From positions 62,001 through 126,000 of the forward strand of contig CBFFRQ010000056.1 of the NCBI GenBank assembly GCA_965644315.1: DNA of 64,000 nucleotides, given 5' to 3'. Source of the DNA: Caecitellus pseudoparvulus (lineage: Eukaryota > Protista > Bigyra: Bicosoecida). A program made the translations under genes and the position numbers. The notes under the pieces were generated by a model. It worked only from the letters and a program-made list of their open reading frames with translations. It did no database searches and was not told the origin of the DNA. How positions within the stretch are numbered: the stretch's first letter is position 1; each line of letters begins with the position of its first letter. Positions 52,587-63,300 of this stretch are shown piece after piece.

Positions 52587-54479
52587 ATGGACAGCGTGCG
52601 CGGCTTGCTGGCCACAGTGGAGGAGGCCATCCCTCCCTCTGGCTTCAAGCGTGCAGTGGTTTTGAGTGTCCTGCTGGGCGGCGCGTTCATTGCCATGGTG
52701 GCTGTCATTTCCCCAGTCGGCGCGTACGCCCAAAAGCTGGCAGTGCAGTCCAAGCTGGCTAAGGCAGCGGCCAAACGACGCGCCCTGCGCGACGCCAAGC
52801 GCAAGGCTGCCGTGATTGACACGTCCACCGTCCCACCAGATGTGCAGGAGCGCATCATCAACTGCACCGCCACGGCTTTGCTGGCGGCCATGCACGACAA
52901 GAGTGACCCCATCACGGCCCACGCCGCCATGGTGACGCTGTGCCACCGCGCACGCAAGCTGGGCGAGGCCCTCAACACGAACGCCGAGGAATTCTTCCAG
53001 GAGGGCCTCCGAGCCGCTGCAGTGGCGGACCAACGCATCGCCATGGGCAATGCCCGTCCACTGGAAGGCCTGCCCTTCTCTGTCAAGGACTGCCTGCACA
53101 TGACTGGCGCAGTGGCCACCTGCGGCACGGCGGCACTGGCCATGAAGGTGGCAGACCGCGATGCCGTCGTGGTGCAGGCGCTGCGCGACCTGGGGGCCAT
53201 CCCCTTCGTACGCGGTAACGTGCCGCAATCCCTCATGCTGCCCGAGAGCGTCAACGCAATTTGGGGCCGAGCACTGAACCCGTGGGACACCTCCCGCACG
53301 CCGGGCGGCAGCTCAGGTGGCGACGCTGCCATCGTGGCAGCCAGGGCCGCCCCCCTTGCTATCGGTACCGACATTGGCGGCAGCATCCGCATCCCCGCCA
53401 CCTTCTGTGGCGTGGTGGGCTTCAAGCCCGGTGCAGCTCGCCTGTCCCACGAGGGCTTCGCTGTGCCGCGCAAGTTTGGCTACAACGGGCAGGAAGGCGT
53501 GCTGTCCACGTCTGGGCCGTTGGCCAGGTGTGTGGAGGACTGCGCCTTGTTCATGCGCGCCGCGACGGCTCCTGCAGCGGCGGCTCTGGACCCCCTCACC
53601 ATGCGGCGTCCCTTCGACGAGGCAGTGTACGCAGAGGGCAAGCCTCCCCCCGCCTCAGCACGTCCTCTGCGTGTGGGGTATTTCACCACGGATGACTTCT
53701 TCCACGCCTGCCCCACGGCCCAGCGTGCAGTACGGGAGGCGGTGCGCGCTCTGGAGCAGACGCAAGGCGTGGAGGTCGTCCCGCTGACCCTGCGCCCTGG
53801 CCTGCTGGGGGAACTGGCGGTCATGTACTACGCCATGATGGGGGCTGACGGCGGCATGCGTGAGTTCAAGGGCGGCTTGCACGGCGAGGAGCTGCACGAG
53901 ATGTACTCCAAGCTGTACTTCCTGTCCAACCTGCCAGGCTGGCTGCGGCCGCTGCTGAAGGCCTTCCTCCTCGCAACAGGGGAGCCGCGCCCTGCCGCCA
54001 TTCTGGCCGTCGCCCATGGCAAGTCGACACACGAGTACTGGGACTTCGTCGGGCGCCGGGGCCGCCTCAAGCGGGAGTTCGTCCAGGCAGTTGCCTCAGC
54101 GGGCCTGGACGCCTTCCTGGCCCCTGCCTTTGGCGTGCCTGCCCTCAAGCATGGCTTCTCCGCAGATTTGAACATCGCTGCTGAGTACACCTTCGTGTAC
54201 AACCTCATGGACCTCCCCGCTGGCACAGTGCCGGTGACCCTGGTCGCCAAGGACGAGGAGCGATACATCGCCCTGCCTGGGCAAGACGACAGGTACGCCA
54301 AGAAGGCCAAGGAGAACGCCGTGGGGTCCGCAGGTTCCCCTTTCGGGGTGCAGGTCGTGGGCCTGCCCCACGCGGACGAGGTGGTGCTGCGAGTCATGTC
54401 CATCCTGGAGAGTGCCTTGCCTGCCCACACCGCGGACAAGCGCGCCTTCCCAGCTGTGCCAGGTGTGGATGACGCTTGA
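52587..54479 (+). CDS. Amidase signature family, FAAH-like
   Basis: PLEGLPFSVKD (Lys), TPGGSSGG, GTDIGGSIRIPA (Ser-cisSer-Lys triad) and an N-terminal TM anchor. Confidence 0.93.
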   Translation: MDSVRGLLATVEEAIPPSGFKRAVVLSVLLGGAFIAMVAVISPVGAYAQKLAVQSKLAKAAAKRRALRDAKRKAAVIDTSTVPPDVQERIINCTATALLAAMHDKSDPITAHAAMVTLCHRARKLGEALNTNAEEFFQEGLRAAAVADQRIAMGNARPLEGLPFSVKDCLHMTGAVATCGTAALAMKVADRDAVVVQALRDLGAIPFVRGNVPQSLMLPESVNAIWGRALNPWDTSRTPGGSSGGDAAIVAARAAPLAIGTDIGGSIRIPATFCGVVGFKPGAARLSHEGFAVPRKFGYNGQEGVLSTSGPLARCVEDCALFMRAATAPAAAALDPLTMRRPFDEAVYAEGKPPPASARPLRVGYFTTDDFFHACPTAQRAVREAVRALEQTQGVEVVPLTLRPGLLGELAVMYYAMMGADGGMREFKGGLHGEELHEMYSKLYFLSNLPGWLRPLLKAFLLATGEPRPAAILAVAHGKSTHEYWDFVGRRGRLKREFVQAVASAGLDAFLAPAFGVPALKHGFSADLNIAAEYTFVYNLMDLPAGTVPVTLVAKDEERYIALPGQDDRYAKKAKENAVGSAGSPFGVQVVGLPHADEVVLRVMSILESALPAHTADKRAFPAVPGVDDA

Positions 54480-54487
54480 CGGCGCTC

Positions 54488-54495
54488 AATGCATT
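54488..54495. terminator. AATGCATT palindrome, candidate bidirectional poly(A) signal
   Basis: Lies between the amidase stop 54479 (+) and KDSR stop 54634 (-). It extends to CAATGCATTG. Confidence 0.6.
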
Positions 54496-54633
54496 GCGCT
54501 GCTGTCAGCTTCACTCGTCAGAGACACGTACACGTCCTCCTCTGCCGCGGCCGCGCTCTCACCCTCTGCCGTACCTGACGCCTGTGTAGATCGGTGTGGA
54601 AACGACGTGGCGAGACCAAATTGCGCAGCAGTC

Positions 54634-55907
54634 TCAGCCCCGCCGGCGGGTGGATCCACGCACTTGCTCGTCGGCCTGGGGCATGGCCTGTCCGTCTTGC
54701 TGTGTCAGTCCAGCCGCTGCGTAGTCGCCAGGGGCATACTTGGAGATGTACCCGTTCCACTCGAAGTGCAGGCAGCCGAGGATGAATCGCACGAGCCCCG
54801 CGGCAGCAGAGGACACCAACAACTCATACAGAGAGGTCCAGTGGGAGGCTCCGTATGAGCCAACGGTCAGGAGGTCTGGCAGCAGCCCTGCACTGGCCAC
54901 CGCCCAGCCATGCCGCATGGACTGCACGAGGGCGCGGCCGACCGTGTCTGCAGTCTCCAGCCCCGCACCCTCGGAGATCTTCGCGCACGTCACGGGCTTG
55001 CTCTGGTTCTCGCGGGCCAGCAGCGGCGTTTCGGTGTCAGGGGGGAAGAAGACAGTGACACCGATGTTGAAAATGCGCAGTTCTTGCGCGAGGGCCTGGG
55101 CGAAGCCAGACAGCGCAAACTTGCTAGCCTGCGCAGAGAAGAGCGGACATGCACCAACCTCAGCGGGGAGTTCGTCGGGCATCGTGAGGCGCCGGTCCAC
55201 TCACAGAGTACAGCGTGAATCCAAAGACGCCCACTTGCCCTGCGGACGAGGAGACCATGACAATGCGCCCTGCATCGCTGGCCTTCAGGTGGGGCAGCGA
55301 GGCGGCGATGACGTTGCGGGTCCCCACGACATTCAGGCGCAGCATCCACTCCCACTGCTCGGCAGAGATGGCCTCAAACAGACGGGGCAGGCTCGTGCCT
55401 GCAGACGACACCACGCCGTCTAGACGCCCGTGCGCGTCGGCCGCGCCCTCCACAGCTGCCTTGACAGCCTCTTCATCCATGATGTCCGCCGCGTGCAGCG
55501 AGATGCGGGCTCGGACACCTTCGTCGCCCCCCGCAAGCTCAGCTTGGGCCTCTGCAAAGAGCAGGCGAGCTGGGTGTGCGCGCTCAGAGCATCGCAGACT
55601 GGGGCTGCTGGCCCTCACCATCCAAGCCCGCCTGCTTGCGGGCCACGAGGGCAACTGAGCCACCCTTCGATAGGATGTCCTGTGTGGGGTGTCAACATGC
55701 TCGACTCGTGCAGCTCTGGCTTGGAGACGGCGGTGCTCTGTGGCTCACCTTTGCGACGGCCTTGCCAATGCCGCTGCTCCCGCCCGTGATCAGGTACGCC
55801 CTGCCCTTCACATCAATGAAGTTGGGGTTCGCAAAGTAGTGCAGCAGTGCCAGGACCGTGATGGCCAGCACCAGTGCGACCAATACCCAAGCCCAGACTG
55901 GCAGCAT
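54634..55907 (-). CDS. KDSR: 3-ketodihydrosphingosine reductase (SDR), multi-exon
   Basis: N-terminal TM, LITGGSSGIG, VSSSAGQVGVFGFTLYS|ASKFALSG (YxxxK), FPPDTETP...ENQSKP. Confidence 0.88.
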
Positions 55908-56333
55908 GGCGTCAAAGTTGCAGTGCGGAAATCGACAGCTTGGCCAGCGCAGACCGAAGCGTTTTACCCCCCTGCTGCAGCTGGAGGGCACCAAAGACGG
56001 CCAGAGATTCAGTCCAGCTGTTCGGAATGAAACTTGCTTGTGGGGGTAGTTATCTGAAGTGTCATATCAATTACGTTGAGGCAGAGCAGGCACAGTTTTG
56101 GTTCAGAGCTCTAGTGGCCCGGTTGTGAGGAAACATGGTTGCTGCACATACTTGGTTGCTTTCTATCCTTGGCGGTACCCCATTTTAGTTGCACTGGCCA
56201 ATACAATTGTTGCCTGTGAACTCCGCAGAGCCCAACAAGTGCACATAATTCACCTTTCCCAAACATTGAAGCTCCCTTGTTTCCTACACACTTCCTCTGA
56301 CACCGGCGCCTCTTGGCAAGCCGGTGGTCCGAC

Positions 56334-59300
56334 ATGGCCACGCGAGCCATCGTCACAGCGAGGAGAGGCGCTCGGGAGGGCTACGCCAAGGCCTTAGAGC
56401 ACACTGAGCCATGCAGGGCGAAGTGTAAAGAGTGTACAAACGAAGTGGAACGAGTTCTCGGCAAGTTTGTCTCGCTGAAACTCCTGTACTTCTGGGGGGC
56501 AGCCATCTTCCTTGGCACCGCAGCACTGCTCTTCGTGCTTGGCCTGGGAATTCCGCCCGCAATGGCCGATGCTCTGTCCCAAGAACTCCGGGCATCAGTC
56601 ATTTCCACGAGCAAAATCCCCCGCGCCACTGCCTTGACGGGCGGGAAGGAAGTGCACGAGAAATGTGAGTCAAGGCGTTTCTTGGTTTGTCACGCGCCCC
56701 AACGCAAGGCCGCAACCCAAGCGCCACGCAGATCGCTACCGGGTGATGGAGTTCACTAACTTTGTCCCTTCTCTGGAGCAAGGTGACCAACCAGTAGCTG
56801 ACATTGTGGGGCCTGTGACATACGAGGTTCAGGAGCATGTGCGTTTGGCCCTCTGGTTCTGGCGCAGGCGAGTTGCCCAGCAGCCCGCCCACGCTCCCTG
56901 TCCCTCCAGTTTCACGAGCGCAACCGCTTGGACAACTTCATGGAGTACAAGAAGCGGACCACCCGCAGTTTGATTTCATCAGAGACCAACACAGGGAACT
57001 CTGGGCGCCTGATCACGATGCCGAACCCGGCATGGCACACCCTGCATGGTGTCTTCAAGAGGTGCGTACATGCGCCACGCTGGGGATCAGGGTTTCAGTT
57101 CAGCATGCTGAGTGGCCTTTTGCTGCAGGAACAAGCTTGTCGTGGACTGGGAAGATGCAGGCATTCCCATGCTGGCCAGCATGGCATTGCATCAAATCAA
57201 GGCCAGTGCGCCCCTAGCAGTCAAGCGGGTCTTGTGGTCTGCGGTTGTCGGCAAGTGGTACAGCACGGCAATCACCAGGATCTACGGGGGCGACCAAGGC
57301 GCCCACATCAGCGACTTTGTGTCCTCCAATCGCGACGGGCTCATCGTCCGCGGGTATGATGCTGGCGTGCAGATGAACGAGCCTTCCAACGACTTTGACT
57401 TCCTTGTATTGCCTGTCGTCAGCGGAGTCACGGGCTCTTCTCAGACGCAAATCAGCGTGGAAGTGGCGCAAAAGCTGCTTGACCCTCAAGATAGCTTTTC
57501 CCTGCTGCACCACAACGGCATTGCAAGGTTCATCTCTGTCCTTCGGCACTTCGACTTCGACTTGCCGCCGGCCCCGCTGGAAGCGCACCATGAAGAAGTG
57601 CAGAGATTTGTGGAGGTGTGGACCGCACAGCTGAACTCCCTCGAGCCCCGGTACATCCAAGACAAGGAGCTGCTCGTGAAGCACCTCCGTCAGGTGCTGC
57701 TGTGGCTGGCAGAGCTCATTGATGGGCGAGGGGACGTGGGCCGGGTCGCACGCTTGCGCTTGCAGCAGCGCATCGCAGATGAGCTGTACGGTGCAAACCT
57801 CATCCCATCAGCTGATTGGAGTTTAGTTGTCCCGGCCCAGCTCGGCAGCAACGCGGCTGCCGGCCTGGCTTTCTGGCTTGGCGACCGAGGAGTCCCTGTG
57901 GAGAACCGCCAGCTCACACGCCTGGACCAGGTCGCCGGCATGACCCTTGAGAACCAGTGCAAGGCAAGCAGGGAAACAGACGCGGGGCTCACATCCTCAG
58001 ACCACGGCGGCAGTCTGGCTGACAACACCCTGAACGCGGAGCAGCTGTGGCATGAGCCGCTGTACTTCGTCGCACCGGAGGCGTCCTGTGTGCTGGTCCG
58101 GGCGCAAACAGCTGATCCAGCCCTGCCACCGTCGAATTTTCAGAGCAAGTTCAATGCGACACAGATGGCATGGCTACTTGAGCGCTTCACAAGTGGCCCA
58201 GCCATGCAAGGCGTGCCCACGCCGGTCGACACTACCTTGCAGGTGAACGGCAGTGAGGCCATCTCCAAGCTGTACTTCGGAATCAAAGACATCTGGTACG
58301 ACTTCAAGGACCGTACCCTTGCAAATGCCATCCAGCTCGCTGCAAACACTAGTGGCCACGGCCTCACGGCGATTCTGCAAGAGTTTGCTGTGCAGGAACG
58401 CACTATGGTGCAGAACAACCCTGACACAGCGCAGTACATCGCAGCCCAAATACGGAAGGAGGAGCTCTCTCGAGCTTACCTTGAGGCAACAGGGCACTCC
58501 TCTTCCGACCCACATGGTCTTGGTGCTGGGGCGCGGCTGAATGGTTTGGCCTGTCGGCGGCACCTCGAGGTGCATTGGGGACTGGACCTTGGCAGCATGG
58601 ACTTCACATGTGAGCAGCTTTACGACGTCGTCTTTTGGCTGGATCACCTGGCCCTTGAGTTTATGTTGCGGCCTCAGTTCATTTTCGATGAGCCCGACTC
58701 CGTGGTGCCTTCCCTGTCACACTTGAGCTCGGGCCCCATCATCCGGGCCAAAGGCGTGGACTACCTTGACGGCGGCCTTGACGATCCCCTTTTCCGGCGC
58801 ATCTTTGGATTCAAGTACCCAGGCGCAGCACCTTGGAACAGTGATCAAGCGAATACTTGGTTGGCTCAATACGCTGACGACATGGAACCAGATGCTGTGG
58901 ACATTGGTGTTGTTTCGCAAGGCGACATCGGCCTGCTGGTGAAACGCAACGGCAGTCGGTCCCTTGAAATATGGGGAGGCGTAACCCTTATCTCTGGATC
59001 AGCTAGTGGGTGGCAAATCCCTCCCCAGCTCCAGCGCGTGGCGGACTTTGGGGAGTATGCGCCGTCTGTGAGTGTGTGGATGCCTTCTCTTGAGCGCCCC
59101 GCCCGCTTCACGTACACGGCGACCAAGCAAGACAACGACCGGGGGCTTCGAGTGCATCGGTACGAGCTGTTGGAGAGTGCAGACATACAATCCCTGCCCT
59201 CTGACGTCGCCTTCTGCAGGCGGGCTGAGGTGCAGGCTTGCAGGGGCCCCGAAGTGGAGAGCGCCCCGCCTTCTTGCTTGCGATCGCTGCGGTTTGCACC

Positions 59301-60273
59301 ATCGCTGTTCGACACGGAAAAATCCTACGAGGCGTTCCTGATCGGCCAACCCTTCCTCTTTGGCTGCGACGCAGATACACAAGCGCTGGGATACGAGTGG
59401 GTGGAGACGGTGCAGGTGGACAGGTCCAGCAGTGCGGCACATGGCTCCTTCGCCGAGTACGAGCCCATCGTCGGGCAGTCTGTCAGGTCTCGCTTTCAAG
59501 AAGGAAAGTACGTCGAAATCAAGCCTTCCAGGTGGTTTCAACATGCGCCCCATGCAGTGCTGCAGTTGCATTCGCTGTCACGGGAGCGGAATCTACCCGT
59601 CAGCATGGTAGCAGCGTGGGCTGCTGATGTCGGCACACGAAACCAGCTCATCGACTCGTCCATCCCAGGTGGCTGCTTTGGCGGAGGCACTATCCTCGCG
59701 GTGGTGGGCCTCCTCCTGCTTTGCCTGTTTCGAAGGCGGCGTGCCCTGGTTCGGGCCCGAGTGCGCCCGCCCAAGGTCCGGAGCTACGCAGAGGTGCAGG
59801 CTCTTAGAGCACAGCGCATGAAGGAAGCGGAGGAGGCTTTGAAGAAGCAAGACGAGCAGAAGCGGCTGACCAAGGCCGGGAAACGCGCAGTCATGCTGCG
59901 GAAAGACCCCGCGGCGACCGCGAAGACGTACACTCTGGAGGAGATTGAGCAGGAGATGCAGCGCCTCGCTGAGCGCAAGCAGGCGCTGGAGGAGGCGGCT
60001 GCGGCAGGGAAGGCCTGGGCGAAGGGGGTGCAAGTGGCAGCACAGAGGCCCGGCACGGCACCCGCAGATGCTGAGATTGCCTCAAAGCGGGCGGCGCAGC
60101 CTAGCCTGGCAGCAGTGACACAGGAGCAGCTGGCAGCGGCGGAGGTTGGGCTGGAGAAGGAGCAGGTAGAGGCTGCTGTTCGGCCTGGGGGGGGGATCCT
60201 CACGCGATTGAGTGGCATCCTGGGCAGTGGCGGCGCAGGGGACCCAGAAGCGGACCAAAAGGCAGCGCCCTAA
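56334..60273 (+). CDS. CD36/SR-B-like scavenger receptor, multi-exon, with large insertion
   Basis: Two flanking TM helices. IVGPVTYEV, SGWQIPP, VWMPSLERPARFTY, VHRYEL, IGQPFLFGCD and HGSFAEYEPIVG follow the CD36 motif order. Confidence 0.72.
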
Positions 60274-60312
60274 AGCATCGAGGGGCAGTAAGAGAGAGGG
60301 GACCAGCGCGCA

Positions 60313-63300
60313 TCACGTCGAAGCGCTGCCGCCTGCAGGACTTGAGTGTTCTACGGCAGCCACCGCCTTCTCTTGGTTGCGGCGGCTGTTGCGCGCGCGG
60401 ATGATGGTTTCAAACTGAGCGCGCATCTCTGCGAGCGCAGTTTGTAAGCGGGACAACTGCCCATCCTTGCGGACCGACTCAGCATTGGCCGCCTCTAGGG
60501 CCACCTCCATCTCTCGGTACTTGACGATCTGCTCCCGCAGCATGGCTTCCCGGCCACGCACAGCCACGAGAGCAGTCTCGCACGCATCTAACTCGCCCTC
60601 CAGCTCGCGTGCAGCTTGCACCGCAGCTTCTCGCGCCGCTACGGCAGCCTGCGCATCGCTGCGTGCTTCCTTAGCTGCAGCGTCGGCACCCTTAGCGGCC
60701 AGCGTAGCTTGTTCCATTGTTAGACGTGCTTGTTCTGCCTCCCTTTGGGCTTCTCGTACCCGTTCGCGGGCACTCCTGGCGTCGCAAGCGGCGGCCATCA
60801 TGTTGCCCCACGCGGCGTACTGCATGAGCGAGCCACACAGCAATGAACCGGTCAAGGCCAGCATGTTCACCTGAGCCTCATCATAGGCCGTGCCGGGCTC
60901 CGGCTGGACGTACAAGGCACCCAGGCAGTGGAACTGTGCCACGTGCTGGCCCACAGTGTCCAGAGCTGATGCCTGCTCGGCTGCCACGAGGAGGGGCACC
61001 GCCACGGCCATGGGCGCTGCTTCGGGCGTCGGCCGCGACTGCACCACTTGCCGCCGCTCGAATGCATCTCCCGCTGGGCCGGCAACGGATCGCATGATGC
61101 GCCCTTCGCTTGAAGCGGCGCCTTCAGCATCCACATCTGCGGCTGCGGCAAGCAGCAGCGACTCCCGCCCAATGGAAGTCAGGACTGAAGATGCGTCGGT
61201 GGCATCATCGCCGTAAGCACTAGAGAGAGGATCGGAAGCTCTCACGAGTTGGCCGATTTCCTCTGCGCTCAAGTACAAGCGCACGCACGCTGCGCCGAGG
61301 TCCACTGCCAGCCCATGGCACCAGCGGGTCAGCGGAGCCGTGGGCGCGACACTGCCCTGCACTTCCCACTGCTGGTCTGGGTGCGCCAGCTGGAGAGCTT
61401 GCAGCACCGGCATGGACTGCATGGGGCGCAGCAAGGGCGTCCACAGGTGCGACATAGCAGCCTCAAAGAGCCGCGTGACGTGGCGTTCGCGGGCTGTGCT
61501 GGCTCGTGTCGCCTCCAGCTGCTGCGTGACGGCGAGCAGCTCAGCATCCTGCTCACGAGCCAACGAAGCCGCTTGGTCTGCCGCTTCTTCCTGCTCCAGG
61601 GAGCGAAGGTGCAGGGAGCGGCGTTGCTCCTGCAGCGCCTGCACTGTCGCTGTGCCTGTGCTGTGGGCCGCCAGCACACGCTCTGCTTCGTCGACAATGC
61701 CCTGCAGGCCAGCGATGAGCCCACCCACGGACACCATTGTGCGCATGACGGGCTTGAGGTGTCCCAGGGCGTCGGCGGAGGTGCCCCTTGAGGACCGCAG
61801 CAGAACCACCTGCAGGACGCCCTGAACCTGCCCCCGCCCTCGGTGGCGCGGAGGCAGGAAAGGCAGGCACACGACAGTGCCCAGTGCGATGCTGCTCTCG
61901 TGCGTGGAGTGCCGGGCATGGCCTCCGCGGGATGGCCCAGCTGGCCCGTGGATGAGCATGCTGCGAGCTGTCAGCGGCTCCTCTGGCGCCACCAGGGCAG
62001 CAAGGTCCACGACATCCTGGGAGAGCGCTGCGGACATGGCTGCTCGCAGGGCCCTGCCTTCGGGGGCCTCGTAGCGCTCATCGCGGCCGCTGGCATCCCC
62101 TGCGATGACAGGTCGCCGGGAGGACGCTGCCCCCGATGCCAGGCCCTCCCCATCGGCCAGCACAAAGATGCGGGCATCAGTGCCGCTGCTGCCAGATGAT
62201 TCCGGGACCACTGAGATCCAGACATGCTCACCATGCACTGAGCCATCTGTGGCATCTGGGTGCTGGGAACCGCGGACAGGGCTGGCGTTTTGGAGGCCAC
62301 CCTGCCCCTGCAGCAGCCCACACCGCTCCGCCAGGACCCGGGACATGCGCCACCACATGACTGCTGCGGCCGCGCCGGCGACGGCTGGGATGCTCTTCGT
62401 CGCAGCAGCCATGGTGGCGCCCAACATATCGCGAAGGGCTCGGAAGGCATCCACGGAGAGAGTGCTCGGCGGCTGTGGTGCAGCGGCCTGAGGTGGTGTG
62501 TGCGGGGCATCGTCCAGTCCGCTCACGTCAGGCGACACCTCCCTGTCTTCCAGCTGCTCAGCTGCCCAGTCCAGCGAGTCCGAGACGTGCTCTTCGTGCA
62601 CAGCACCTAGGGCATCCCCCACACTGGACAGCGTGGCCAGGGCTCCCTTCGCAGCAGCCTTGCTGACCATGGCCTGGGCTCGCTCAGCAGCCCACTGCTG
62701 CCGCACTGCACCGTACGCCAAGCGCACTGACTTCATGAAGGCCACTGCTCGGTGCAGCCGTGCGGCGCCCGACCGCTGCACAGAGAAGGACGTCAGCTCC
62801 CACACCAGCCCAGCGGCCGCCGCCCCCAGCGTGTGCGCGTACACTCGCATGAGCATCTGCCGCTGTGCCTCTGCCTGGGCTGCCCGTGCTGCCCGGGAAC
62901 GGTGCTTGGCACTGCCAGACTCGGCCAGGCGTGTCGTGCGGCTGACGCGAGGCTTCACTGTGATGAGTTGCACCACGCCGAAAGGTGTGCAGCCATGCGC
63001 ACTGGCCCGAGCGCCGGCATCGGCATTATCAAGCCCAGTGGTGGTGAGGGGCAAGTGTCCATCGTCGCCCGAAAAGAGACCCGGGACGGGCTGGTCACTG
63101 AAACCAGCACCAGGCTGTGGCTCCCCTGCGCCACGAGCCGTGCTGCCCAGGGTTGTCGAGGCCCCTCCCATCACACTTCGGTTCTCTGACACGTACGCTG
63201 CCTCCCGAGCGCTGGCAGCTTGTTGTGAGGCGGCTGCAGCAGCCTCAGCTTGCGCCGCCAGCGCAAGCAGGTCTCCAGCATCTTTACCACAGTCAACGAG

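Noticed and set aside
50915-60273. Protease, amidase, KDSR and CD36-like genes as a lysosomal or lipid gene cluster
   Set aside because: The products act in different compartments and pathways, and neighbours elsewhere in the window are functionally random. Adjacency alone is insufficient.
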